A stretch of DNA of 43,658 nt from Candidatus Dojkabacteria bacterium UBA2177 (GCA_002328805.1 DCVX01000032.1:1-43658); one strand, 5' to 3'; shown: positions 19,108 through 28,910, counted from the first letter of the stretch. Numbers and translations are program-made. The notes: a model not told the origin generated them from the sequence alone.

Positions 19108-19803
19108 ATGCTCAAGATTACTGGTTTAGAAAGGTCTTCCCTTTTGGATTATCCGGGGAAGATCTCCGCAATAATATTTACTCATGGTTGTAATCTAAGG
19201 TGTCCTTACTGTCACAATCCTGAGTTGGTTATAGAAGGATTTAACAAAAGTGAAAGTTTTAGTGAAGATGATGTTTTAACCTTTTTAGAATCTCGAAAAG
19301 GAAAACTAGATGCTTTAGTGATAACTGGAGGAGAGCCTTTAGTGCAGAGGGATCTGCTTCCGTTCATAAAGAAAGTTAAAGATATGGGTTTCTTGGTAAA
19401 GCTAGATACTAACGGAACATTCCCAGACAAGCTAAAGGATTTTATCGAGACTGGCCTTATAGATTATATTGCTATGGATGTTAAGTATCCCAAGGTTGGA
19501 TATGTTAAGAACTCTATGATTCCTGGTGTAGCTAGGAAGATAGAGAAATCTATTAAGATAATCATGGATTCAGAATTAGATTATGAATTTAGAACTACCT
19601 ATGTTAAACCATTACATTCCTTTGAATCGGCTGAAGAGATTGGGAAAATGATTAAAGGAGCGAAAAATTACTACATACAGAATTTTAGACCAGGTAAGAC
19701 TATAGAACCTACTTTGACTAAAGAAAACTCATTCACAACTAAAGAGCTGGGAGAAATTAAAAAGACCATAGAAAAGTATGTAGAGAATGTTCAAATTAGA
19801 TAG
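19108..19803 (+). CDS. nrdG: Class III RNR activating radical SAM enzyme
   Basis: DYPG, CNLRCPYCHN, TGGEP, KLDTNG, EFRTT; ATG at 19108. Confidence 0.93.
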   Translation: MLKITGLERSSLLDYPGKISAIIFTHGCNLRCPYCHNPELVIEGFNKSESFSEDDVLTFLESRKGKLDALVITGGEPLVQRDLLPFIKKVKDMGFLVKLDTNGTFPDKLKDFIETGLIDYIAMDVKYPKVGYVKNSMIPGVARKIEKSIKIIMDSELDYEFRTTYVKPLHSFESAEEIGKMIKGAKNYYIQNFRPGKTIEPTLTKENSFTTKELGEIKKTIEKYVENVQIR

Positions 19804-20443
19804 GATTTTCTAGAACTTTTATAACCTTCCCATTAAACATAACATCTGTGTCTTTATCCAGAAAGATTGGCTGATTAAGAGGATTAGTAGATTCTGGGTA
19901 AAGAGTTATCATGCCATCTCCCTTCTTAAATCTTTTAACAGTTGCACTATTCTCTATAATAGCGACTACAACATCTCCATCTTTAATTTCTGCATTTTTC
20001 TGAACTATTAGGTAACTTCCCTCCTCTATATTTTTACCTTCTACCTCTGCCAGATCCATAGAGTCGCCTTTAACAATTAGGGCAAAAAGGTCATTCTTCT
20101 TTTTTACTAACTTAGGATCTATCTTAATATGACCTAAGTTTTCCTCCTCTGCACTAACAAGCGGAGTTCCCGCATTGGCATACCCCAAGATAGGTACTCC
20201 AATTAGGTAGTCGTATACTATCTCCTCATCATTATCTACGATATGTATACCCCTTGGGTCTCCCGTCCTAATGATATACCCCTTCTTCTCTAAAGCAATT
20301 AAGTGGTTAACAACTCCTCTTTTTGTAGATATTCCTAAAAACTCCTGTAACTCACCCAAAGATGGAGCTTGTCCATTTTCTAGGTAGCACTGTCTTATTA
20401 TTCTAAGTACTTTCTCTTGCTTCTTTGTAAGTATACCTCCCAT
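19796..20443 (-). CDS. lexA: SOS repressor LexA
   Basis: N-terminal wHTH (LT.KQ...PS..E...H...LEKKG), AG cleavage site, GDSM, TVKR. Confidence 0.95.
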   Translation of the reverse strand: MGGILTKKQEKVLRIIRQCYLENGQAPSLGELQEFLGISTKRGVVNHLIALEKKGYIIRTGDPRGIHIVDNDEEIVYDYLIGVPILGYANAGTPLVSAEEENLGHIKIDPKLVKKKNDLFALIVKGDSMDLAEVEGKNIEEGSYLIVQKNAEIKDGDVVVAIIENSATVKRFKKGDGMITLYPESTNPLNQPIFLDKDTDVMFNGKVIKVLENPI

Positions 20444-20474
20444 CTTCTCTCTGTGATTTATAATTTAATAAGAC

Positions 20475-20510
20475 AGTATACCCCTACGCTCAAAAGGTAT
20501 ACAAGTACCT
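20475..20510 (-). promoter_or_regulatory. lexA promoter with overlapping palindromes
   Basis: TTGTAT-18-TATACT on the minus strand; GTATACC-N13-GGTATAC and AGGTA-N6-TACCT. Confidence 0.5.
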
Positions 20511-20537
20511 ATAGAGATAATTTGAAAAAAATCTCTC

Positions 20538-20566
20538 TTGCATAAAGTTATCTTTAATATTATACT
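20538..20566 (+). promoter_or_regulatory. Putative sigma70 promoter
   Basis: TTGCAT-17-TATACT upstream of 20606. Confidence 0.6.
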
Positions 20567-20605
20567 GTAATTGTATATATTAATTTAAAATCTCTATTTA
20601 TTATT

Positions 20606-20956
20606 ATGGCAGAAGAAAAACAAGCTAAAAAAGTCTATACATTAGAGGAGATTAAATTCAATGAGGCGGGTAAGATTAAGGCTATTTTAGCCTGTTTCCC
20701 TTTGATTGGATTAATCCTTTTCTTTGTTGAAAAAGAAGACAAATTTGTGAGATATATGGCTGCTCAATTTGCGATTCTTGGTGTTGCTGAATTTGTTTTA
20801 AGCATAATTCCGGTTATAGGGTGGATATTATCTATGCCTGTTATGATATTAATATGGGTTGTAATAATTCTTGGTATGGTTAAAGCTTCCAAAGGTGAGA
20901 GATTTGATATCCCTATAGTTTCTCCATGGGCTTTGAAATTAATGGGTGCTTTCTAA
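20606..20956 (+). CDS. Small membrane protein (DUF4870-like)
   Basis: Three hydrophobic segments, E..DKFVR..A.Q, IPVIGW, KA..GE.F.IP. Confidence 0.75.
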   Translation: MAEEKQAKKVYTLEEIKFNEAGKIKAILACFPLIGLILFFVEKEDKFVRYMAAQFAILGVAEFVLSIIPVIGWILSMPVMILIWVVIILGMVKASKGERFDIPIVSPWALKLMGAF

Positions 20957-20981
20957 TAAAGTCTTAAAAAGATTTTTAATG

Positions 20982-21007
20982 GGGGAGAGATATTCTCCCC
21001 TTTTTTT
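20982..21007 (+). terminator. Rho-independent terminator
   Basis: GGGGAGA-GATAT-TCTCCCC-T7. Confidence 0.85.
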
Positions 21008-21034
21008 AGATATTATGATAAAATTCATAAGCTT

Positions 21035-21108
21035 CGGGGAGTAGTTCAGATGGCTAGAACGCTGCGTTTGGGACGCAGAGGCCGCAGGTTCAAGTCCTGT
21101 CTCCCCGA
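21035..21108 (+). tRNA. tRNA-Pro(TGG), CCA not encoded
   Basis: CGGGGAG/CTCCCCG acceptor stem, CTGCG-TTTGGGA-CGCAG anticodon arm, GGTTCAAGTCC T-arm. Confidence 0.96.
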
Positions 21109-21139
21109 TTCGTTTCATCAGTTAATCACGTGTGAAGTT

Positions 21140-24100
21140 TTAGTTCCCTCTTCTTATGCTCATTATTTTGTCGATGTCTAAATGTGGTTTGGCTTTCTCT
21201 CCTACTACAGTACTGGCAGATATCCTTTGTTCAGTATCACCTGGTATTGGCCAATTATATTCAAGGTTCCCTTCTCCAAGTGCTCTTAATCGCATTATCG
21301 GTTGTGCTCTTAGTGTAACTGTGTCACCCTTATGAATTTGATTTAGATCTGCCAAATTCTTAAAAAGCCTCATCGTTTTAACATTCCCTCTCTTATCCCT
21401 AACCATTAAATTACAATATTCGTCTCCATCATTCTTCACACCATTAGACCTACTCACAACCGTTAAATCTTCAAACTCAATCATTAACCCTGGCATATTA
21501 ACACCATATGGGTTAGTTTGCTTATACATGCTTGCAGCAATAGTGTCCGCAACATCAAAAGTGTTTACATACTCTCTGTAATCACCTAGATATCCCCATC
21601 CTTCCTCTTCTAAGCTCTGTGCTGTTCTCTCTATAACCTCTTCCACTTTAACAATTCCTGCGTCTGGATTCTCTATCTCATACTTTAAGAATATTGGGTC
21701 CAGAACCTCATGCAACTTCTCTTTTCCTCCCTTAACTTCCCACGTTCCTCCTGCAGCTTCTGGATGCCCACCATGTGCCAGTATTTTTATTCCTGGGATT
21801 TCGTTTATTGCCAACCCTAACTGAACCATATCTGCAGCAACGTTTCCCTTAGCTGGTAATCTGAAAGATACACTGTATCTTCCTGCAGTACCATTTGTTT
21901 CTGCTTTCTCCTCAACTATAACCATCGTTGGCTTTTCATACCTACCTGCAAGCTGACCCGCTATTAAACCTCTAAGACCCTTTGTGGGATCTACATACTT
22001 TCGTCCTTCAAGTTTAGTTATTATTATTGGTTTTTCCAATTCACCATGGTTATTATCTAAATCCTTAGCTATCTGTTCAAAAAGTTCCTCTCTTCTCTCG
22101 ATAGAAACCTCCTGAGCATAAACAAGTGTATGTCTATGTCTCCTTGTAGTCTCATTGTCACTTCTACGAATACAAAAATCTGCAGCTTCTGTCCAGAACT
22201 CCTTGGCTCTCTCAGACCTTTCCTCTTTCCCTCTTCTATACATAGCATTAACAAATGCAGAAACTCCATGGGTGAGTAATCTAGACAGATGCCAATTAAC
22301 AGACTTAATATGCGTCCCTCTTAGAGACGTCCTAATAAGTCGTAAGATTTCGGGCTGTATGCGTTTCAATTCACTCTTTTCTTGTCCAGTTGCTTCCCAA
22401 TAATCATCTGTGAATTTCTCTATTGCATTCATTCCGTTTCTTACAATTGCTCTGTTCTCTCTCCCCTTCCCTAAATCAACAGAGCCTCCGTCTCCTAGTG
22501 TTGCTGTAGCTTCTGTTAAATTAATAAATTCAAACCCATATGGACCATATTTAAAGAAGGAATCAACAGCTCTCATCTCCATAGGTGTAAGCCTCTTCCT
22601 CTTTTGTAATCTCTCTATTACTTCATTCCAAATTTTGTTTCCTTCATATCTAACCTTTGTTCTCTTATCTGGGACTTCTCCTGTTCTTGGGTTCTCTGGA
22701 ATACCACCATTTTCGTCATACCCTTGCTCAATTAGGTCGAACAGATGAATCTTTAAGTCTCTCAAGTTTAGAATCTTGTCAGGATTGTCGTCAGGGAGTA
22801 ATGCTCTTTGAACGATATCTGTTAAATTTATAGAGAAACTACCGTCTATTGCCTCAATCTCGGCAGTCCTATCTATTTCAGTAGATAATTTAAATAGTGT
22901 TGGTAAAATATATTCTTCCTTTTCATCTTTTGGCAAAAGGAAGAACGATTTGGGAAGTCTTTTTGCATAATCTAAGTAAAAGCGAAGTTCTCCTTTACTA
23001 AGAATATCACTCTCTGTAACTTCTTCTATTCTTCTTTTGTAAAGAGTGTCTATTTTGTCGATGGTCCGATTACTTACGGAATCTTTATCTAGAGAAAAAC
23101 TTTCTTCCTTTATATAGCTGAGAAAATCTTCCTTGTTGTTTATAACTAGCCCCCATTTTGCCTCTAGTTCTTTTAGTAGTGTGATGCTCTCCTCTTGGCT
23201 TAAACCGTTCTGTTTTATTCTAGTTACATAATGTCCAAGGGAGCTGACAGATTGGTTAATCCTGGAGGTTATCTTGTCCATCGGGGCCTTCTCCATCCAG
23301 AGTCCTTCTAAAGATAACTCTATATCCGTATCCTCGTCTAGCATTATATGTATCTCTGTTGGCAGAGGTAAATCCTCTGTGCTCTCCTTTGAACCTTTAG
23401 ATACAATTTGAGCAAGCTCTCTATATTTATTCTTGCGTGCTTCAGCATCAAGAGAATAAATTTCTGTTGCTTCTTCTCTGACAATCTCCTCATCTGTTAA
23501 TAGTTGGAGAAACCTTTTAATTACTTTCCCCGTCGTTACTGTGCCTACTATGTCTGATTCTGGGTAACAAGTATATTTTCTTTGTACCTTGTTAATCTCT
23601 TCGATATTGACCTCTCCCTTATCATTTGGTTTTAGGGCTAGTTTCATCTCCTCAATAAATTTCTCTTCGTAGCCATTGCGAACCCATTCGGGATTAACCA
23701 TTATTACATCCTCATTATCTCTGAAGTATTCAATAGCCTCTATTGAAGGTGTATGGTGATCACATACAATTATTTTCAAATCAGGGAATCCTTCTAGGAA
23801 GTAAACTAATGGAGCATAATCACTAAGTGATTTGTATTCAGGTTTTTTGTTGTTAGAATCATCGATATATGTCTTCCCAGTTGTAAACCTTGTTTCAAGG
23901 AGCTCTGTTAAGTCTAAATCTTTGTCATCCTTATGTTCGTTAATAAACCTTGTTAACTTTGTTTTAATTTGTCTCTGTACGTGCTTTGTCAAACTGCTAA
24001 AACCTTGTATCCCTTCTATGTTTTCTCTAAAGAATAGAAGGTCCTCTATAGATTGGACACCGTTCTTAATTAATGAAAAGGTTTTGGTATCTTGTTCACT

Positions 24101-26194
24101 AGAGCCTGTGTCGTTAATAATTATAAGATCACTCCCTTTAAGAGCAAGGTTTAATAAGTCTCTAGGCTGAACAGCATGGCCTTCTAGTCTAGTGTTAAAT
24201 TTCTGTTCTACATCATCTACACCTACGTGTTCCAGTATCCATCTCCAGTTTATTGATGCAAAGAAACCATCTTGGTCACAGTCTCCTATGGTTGCAATCT
24301 TATTATTGCTGACCACCGTTCTGTATACTATTTTTGCAGCCTTATCTACATTCTGCAACGCACTAGGAGGCTCTTCTGCATTTTCATTTGGGAACATTGC
24401 CTCTAACATTTCTTTTTTGTTCTCAACTCCTAAGGATTTATAATATTCATTAAGCATATTATTTGCTATTAGACCTTCTAAAACCTCCACATAACGAAGG
24501 TCTCCGTAAACCCTATCTGAGAGATATTTATTTTGCTCAAGTTGCTCTTCTGTAAAATCACTTCTTCTAGGAGGAGACCCTGTAGGAAAAATTCTTTCAA
24601 AGACAGGCTCCTGTAAGACATCTAGGAGCATTCTGATTTCGAGTCCCTTGTCGTCATATGGGTTTACTAAAACATCACTAATTAATTCTAGATCCAACCT
24701 GTATCTCCACGCAGGTCTAACATTTCTTATCTTTGTTGGAACTGCTATGTCAATTAGTATTTCATCATCTAGAGCATCCTGTAATGAAAGAATAGCTTTA
24801 TATTCTTCTTCATTCATGTCATGCAGATAAAGAGCCTTATGTCCTGATTCGAGTCTTTTTATAAGCATTAATATTGTTTGGAACTCTTCTTTACTTATAT
24901 GTTCTAAACCACTTCGAGGTGTTTTTCCTATTCTTCTGAGACTGTCTAATGATGTTTTAAGCCTATTAACTGCAGAATCTCTGTCGAGAAGTTCAACAAC
25001 TAGTTCGAGTTTTTCAATCGCGATGGATTCATCAAATGTTAAGACCTCTTTCGCTTCTGTATCTTCTTCATCTTTTTCTGCTCTTTCAAGAGTTCCTCGT
25101 GTTTTGCTCATCCTCTCTGCCAGTGAGACTAGGCTTTCTATATCTTCTTCTGAGAGAATATCTAAATGATTGTTCTGGTCTAGAAGGATTGTCTTGTTTA
25201 TTATTGCTCTGGCATCTATACAAATCTCTTTTCTCTTCTCTAGGATATACTTAGTAGAAAGGCTTGGAGATAATGGTATGGAACCTCTAAGAAGCTCTGC
25301 AGCTTGAGAGTTTATCTGGTAAGCAAAAAATGTTAGTTCTATCATTTTGTCTAGTGCTTCCTCATCTTCTGTTGCACCAAGTTCTTTCTCTGCTAACAAT
25401 ATTGACAATGCCTCTGCGGAATCATTTGCAACAAGAGAATGTTCAAACCAGTGCGAAGATATGGCCACAGGTCTCTGTGACAAACCTCCCTGCGAAGATG
25501 GAACGATATGCTGGTCATGTTTATTTATATAGGTAGGACCACTTGAGTTTATCTTTTCTACTCTTTGGTGATGAAGAATTAGATCATCTAGATCTATCTC
25601 TAATATGTCTGCATATTTCCGAGCAAGTTTTACATCTATCTCCTCAGAATCTAATTTGCCCTCTCCGACCCATTCTTCTTCTGTGATCCACTCTTCGTTT
25701 GTTGCAAGCTGTGTCCCCTTTGCAAGAAGACTAAGTGCTTCAATTATTGAACACCCTGAGGTAACAAGATATTTAACAACTTCCTGCTGTATCGCTTTCC
25801 TGTATCCTGGGCGATTAAGTCCCTCTTCTCTATTCTCTCTTTGTGATGAAGAAACAATGGTCTTTAAGACGACCTTTGGTTCAAAAAGGTCTCCTTTGTC
25901 TAGTGTTCTAGCTCTCTTCTTTTGAGATTCCTTAGATTCATACTCTGTAACTTCTTCTTGTCCAAATACATATCTTCCCTGTTCAGCTAATTCTTCTGTA
26001 GTTAATAGAATATCTGAGAATTTTCTTCCTGTGGAAGTTATCTTGTTATCAAAAATCTCATCCTTGAGAGTTCTAAGACGCATTTCCATTGTCGGATCTT
26101 CGAGAGTTGCTTCAAACCAATTCTCGTATCTTGGAGAGAATTCTGCCTTATCTATATTTACTTGACTCAAGTTTCTTTCTTCTTGCTTATTCAT
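21140..26194 (-). CDS. Giant RecJ-like DHH/DHHA1 nuclease with N-terminal HTH-like and HNH-like motifs
   Basis: GDCDQDG (D638), NDTG (D695), CDHH (D812), TLGD (D1235), GLIAGQL...KPTMV, SFR, GGHPEAAG (H1477), PYG, OB-like tail; SD AAGGGG. Confidence 0.8.
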   Translation of the reverse strand: MNKQEERNLSQVNIDKAEFSPRYENWFEATLEDPTMEMRLRTLKDEIFDNKITSTGRKFSDILLTTEELAEQGRYVFGQEEVTEYESKESQKKRARTLDKGDLFEPKVVLKTIVSSSQRENREEGLNRPGYRKAIQQEVVKYLVTSGCSIIEALSLLAKGTQLATNEEWITEEEWVGEGKLDSEEIDVKLARKYADILEIDLDDLILHHQRVEKINSSGPTYINKHDQHIVPSSQGGLSQRPVAISSHWFEHSLVANDSAEALSILLAEKELGATEDEEALDKMIELTFFAYQINSQAAELLRGSIPLSPSLSTKYILEKRKEICIDARAIINKTILLDQNNHLDILSEEDIESLVSLAERMSKTRGTLERAEKDEEDTEAKEVLTFDESIAIEKLELVVELLDRDSAVNRLKTSLDSLRRIGKTPRSGLEHISKEEFQTILMLIKRLESGHKALYLHDMNEEEYKAILSLQDALDDEILIDIAVPTKIRNVRPAWRYRLDLELISDVLVNPYDDKGLEIRMLLDVLQEPVFERIFPTGSPPRRSDFTEEQLEQNKYLSDRVYGDLRYVEVLEGLIANNMLNEYYKSLGVENKKEMLEAMFPNENAEEPPSALQNVDKAAKIVYRTVVSNNKIATIGDCDQDGFFASINWRWILEHVGVDDVEQKFNTRLEGHAVQPRDLLNLALKGSDLIIINDTGSSEQDTKTFSLIKNGVQSIEDLLFFRENIEGIQGFSSLTKHVQRQIKTKLTRFINEHKDDKDLDLTELLETRFTTGKTYIDDSNNKKPEYKSLSDYAPLVYFLEGFPDLKIIVCDHHTPSIEAIEYFRDNEDVIMVNPEWVRNGYEEKFIEEMKLALKPNDKGEVNIEEINKVQRKYTCYPESDIVGTVTTGKVIKRFLQLLTDEEIVREEATEIYSLDAEARKNKYRELAQIVSKGSKESTEDLPLPTEIHIMLDEDTDIELSLEGLWMEKAPMDKITSRINQSVSSLGHYVTRIKQNGLSQEESITLLKELEAKWGLVINNKEDFLSYIKEESFSLDKDSVSNRTIDKIDTLYKRRIEEVTESDILSKGELRFYLDYAKRLPKSFFLLPKDEKEEYILPTLFKLSTEIDRTAEIEAIDGSFSINLTDIVQRALLPDDNPDKILNLRDLKIHLFDLIEQGYDENGGIPENPRTGEVPDKRTKVRYEGNKIWNEVIERLQKRKRLTPMEMRAVDSFFKYGPYGFEFINLTEATATLGDGGSVDLGKGRENRAIVRNGMNAIEKFTDDYWEATGQEKSELKRIQPEILRLIRTSLRGTHIKSVNWHLSRLLTHGVSAFVNAMYRRGKEERSERAKEFWTEAADFCIRRSDNETTRRHRHTLVYAQEVSIERREELFEQIAKDLDNNHGELEKPIIITKLEGRKYVDPTKGLRGLIAGQLAGRYEKPTMVIVEEKAETNGTAGRYSVSFRLPAKGNVAADMVQLGLAINEIPGIKILAHGGHPEAAGGTWEVKGGKEKLHEVLDPIFLKYEIENPDAGIVKVEEVIERTAQSLEEEGWGYLGDYREYVNTFDVADTIAASMYKQTNPYGVNMPGLMIEFEDLTVVSRSNGVKNDGDEYCNLMVRDKRGNVKTMRLFKNLADLNQIHKGDTVTLRAQPIMRLRALGEGNLEYNWPIPGDTEQRISASTVVGEKAKPHLDIDKIMSIRRGN

Positions 26195-26221
26195 GCCCCT
26201 TGTTTAAGCTAGTCGTATATT

Positions 26222-26247
26222 AAAAAGAGGGTGCTTTTTGCACCCTA
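26222..26247 (-). terminator. Terminator-like hairpin just upstream of the giant nuclease start
   Basis: Minus strand AGGGTGC-AAAAA-GCACCCT-CTTTTT. Confidence 0.6.
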
Positions 26248-26532
26248 CGGAATTCAAGACTTATTCAATTTTATGCAGGCTCTAATTTTTTCTAGCACTA
26301 TACTTCTTTTCTAATGTTATAAATTCTTCTACTGTAAACTACTCTAGGTCTGAATCCAGAATACTCGTTAAAAATTTATACTGTCAAGAAATTTAAAGAG
26401 TCTTATTCTACGGTTAATTTTTATGTATAAAATATCTCCAAAATTTTGAGAGCGGAAGTTACATTTGTAAAAAATTGCAAAGAAAGTAAAAAGGATTTAG
26501 AATGGTGATAATAAATTTATTCTTTTAATTTT

Positions 26533-27075
26533 ATGATTTATGCAATAATAGCCCTGGTTTTGATAGCAGCACTCTTGGTTGGGCTTTATAACCGTCTTGC
26601 AAAACAAAGAGTTATTGTCGACGAAGCTTCCTCAGATATTGAGACCTTCTTAAAGCAAAGATACGACATGATTCCTAATCTTGTTGAGATTGTAAAAGGT
26701 TATGCAAAGCACGAGAAGGAAACCTTCAGAGAGATAACGGAGATGAGAGCAAAAGCAATGTCTGCTGGTTCGCTATCTGAAAAGATGGAAATTGAGGGAG
26801 AACTTACAAAGGGATTATCTAAAATAATGGCTGTTGCTGAGAATTACCCAGAACTAAAGGCAAATACAAACTTCTTAGAGTTGCAGAGTAGCTTGAAAGA
26901 CCTTGAGGATAATATCCAGAAGTCCAGAAGGTTCTACAATGGTGCAGCAAGAGATTTCAATACTATGATTGCAGTATTTCCAAATAATCTTCTAGCAGGA
27001 GTTTTTGGATTCTCCAAGGTTGCCTTCTTTGAGGCAACAGAACAAGAGAAAGAGAATGTAAAAGTAAAATTCTAA
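26533..27075 (+). CDS. lemA: LemA family protein
   Basis: N-terminal TM, YN.L, R.D.IPNLV..VKGYA.HE, AVAENYPELKA, RRFYN, FP.N. Confidence 0.95.
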   Translation: MIYAIIALVLIAALLVGLYNRLAKQRVIVDEASSDIETFLKQRYDMIPNLVEIVKGYAKHEKETFREITEMRAKAMSAGSLSEKMEIEGELTKGLSKIMAVAENYPELKANTNFLELQSSLKDLEDNIQKSRRFYNGAARDFNTMIAVFPNNLLAGVFGFSKVAFFEATEQEKENVKVKF

Positions 27076-27090
27076 TTATTAGAAATTATT

Positions 27091-28824
27091 ATGACCATTA
27101 CTAGAAAGGTATTAAGATCTTTTTTTTTAGGCTTTCTCCTATTATCTAGCATCTTTGCTTTAGAGGTAAATGCTCAATCTGCACAGGAGGAGATAACTCT
27201 TTTTGAAACAGAGGTTGTCCTAGAGGAGAGTACAGACATCAATATTAGGGAGGAGATACATTATGTATTTCCTCAGCCAAAGCATGGGATTATTCGTGAG
27301 ATTCCAACGGATTATAAAGTACAAGCAGGACTTAGAAGACCTACAACTTTAGTTTTAAATGATATTTACTACTATAGTACTGATAATCCTAATATTAAAT
27401 TTGATTACTACAAAAGAAGTAGCAAGAATGGTTATGCAATATTTCAGATTGGAGACCCAGATATCACGGTTATTGGGGAGTATGTATATGTTATAGATTA
27501 CACATTAAAAAATGCCATTAACTATTTTGATGATTACGATGAACTTTATTTAAATATTACTGGTGATGGATGGGTTGTTCCAATTAAAAAAGCAACTGCT
27601 CGAGTAATAACGCCCGGAGAAATTACAGATCAGCTATGTTTTACCGGACCTGTAGGTTCTACAGAATCAAATTGTTCATTTGAGTCCAATTCTGAAAAAG
27701 AAGTCACCATTTCAACAGATTTCCAACTAAATTCTAGGGAGGGACTTACGGTTGTACTCAAGATGCCAAAAGGGACTTTAGAAGACACTACGGGAAGCCA
27801 GAGAACCGCTTTTCTGCTAAGTAATCTGGGAATACTACTTCCAATACCTGTGTTCTTTTTACTCTTAACAATTCTTAAGAAAAAGGGTAAGAATGAAAAA
27901 ATAACGATTATTCCCCACTATGAACCAATGGAGGGTCTGTATCCATTGCTAGCTGGTTATATATACCAAACAAAATTAGATACTAAACACATAACTGCGG
28001 AAATTATTCAGTTGGCAATTGATGGGTATATAACAATAAAGCAGGAAGGAAAGAGAAAGTATCTTCTTTTAAAAAATGAAACCTCCAAAAGTCCTTCTTA
28101 TTCAGAATCGACAACTTTGTATGAAGGATTGTTCAAAGAAGGAAATTCTGTCCAAACTAACAAGTTCTCTTCTAATTTCTATCTAACTGTAAGGACTATA
28201 ACATCACAGTTGGATAACAAGGTCTACAGTGATAAATATTTCTCTACAAAGAGAAGAAATCTAAAAAGAGCTCTCTCTGCTATTTGGATTATTGTTATGT
28301 TTTTGGGTTTTTACTCTTTTGCTCCCCTTTCTATAATAGCTGCAACTGGTTGGTCTATTGGTCTTCTGATCTCAGGCTTACTCTCTTTTATATTCTCGTT
28401 TAGAATAGATTTAAAAAGTGATAAGGGGAATAAGATATATTACGAAATGGAGGGATTAAAGATGTATATAGATACTGCTGAGAAGCATAGGATAGAGTTT
28501 CATAATAATCCTACAAAGTTTAGAGGTGTCTTTGAGAAATTACTCCCCTATGCCATCATATTTGGTCTGGAAAAGAAGTGGAGTGAAGAGTTTAAAGAGA
28601 TTTATCAGGAACCTCCTACTTGGTATCAAGGCAATATCTCTGCATTTAATTCCTACTTATTAGTCTCGTCTATTTCAGACATTAGTAGAAATGTAAAATC
28701 TAAATCAGTTCCTCCTAATAGTGCTGGTGGTGTTCGCTCAAGTCATGGAGGAAGTGGTGGAAGCGGGTTTGGTGGAGGTAGTAGTGGTGGTGGCTTTGGC
28801 GGTGGTGGTGGAAGTAGTTGGTAG
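27091..28824 (+). CDS. DUF2207-family membrane protein
   Basis: Signal peptide, HGI.R.IP, ELY.N.TG..W, FEKLLPYAI.FG, Gly/Ser-rich tail ending in W; follows lemA. Confidence 0.88.
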   Translation: MTITRKVLRSFFLGFLLLSSIFALEVNAQSAQEEITLFETEVVLEESTDINIREEIHYVFPQPKHGIIREIPTDYKVQAGLRRPTTLVLNDIYYYSTDNPNIKFDYYKRSSKNGYAIFQIGDPDITVIGEYVYVIDYTLKNAINYFDDYDELYLNITGDGWVVPIKKATARVITPGEITDQLCFTGPVGSTESNCSFESNSEKEVTISTDFQLNSREGLTVVLKMPKGTLEDTTGSQRTAFLLSNLGILLPIPVFFLLLTILKKKGKNEKITIIPHYEPMEGLYPLLAGYIYQTKLDTKHITAEIIQLAIDGYITIKQEGKRKYLLLKNETSKSPSYSESTTLYEGLFKEGNSVQTNKFSSNFYLTVRTITSQLDNKVYSDKYFSTKRRNLKRALSAIWIIVMFLGFYSFAPLSIIAATGWSIGLLISGLLSFIFSFRIDLKSDKGNKIYYEMEGLKMYIDTAEKHRIEFHNNPTKFRGVFEKLLPYAIIFGLEKKWSEEFKEIYQEPPTWYQGNISAFNSYLLVSSISDISRNVKSKSVPPNSAGGVRSSHGGSGGSGFGGGSSGGGFGGGGGSSW

Positions 28825-28910
28825 TAAAATTCACCCATTCTCTATCCAAACCTAAACACTCATACGTAATATATAACTACAGATGATTAGGAATCTATAT
28901 TAGAAATCAC

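Noticed and set aside
22500..24100. Insertions in the giant nuclease as inteins
   Set aside because: No C/S start with HN-C/S/T end and no LAGLIDADG motifs seen
26282..26340. Short reading frame FTVEEFITLEKKYSARKN in the nuclease leader (leader peptide or tmRNA tag)
   Set aside because: No start codon, preceded by a stop, and no tRNA-like tmRNA ends
26391..26402. boxA-like GACTCTTTAAAT on the minus strand
   Set aside because: Lies upstream of the best promoter candidate and is a weak match in AT-rich DNA
21085..26532. attL/attR duplication of the tRNA-Pro 3' end bounding an island
   Set aside because: No convincing repeat beyond TTCAAG was found, and no integrase gene is present
28745..28821. 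GGT/GGA-rich tandem repeat
   Set aside because: Encodes the normal Gly/Ser tail of DUF2207 proteins
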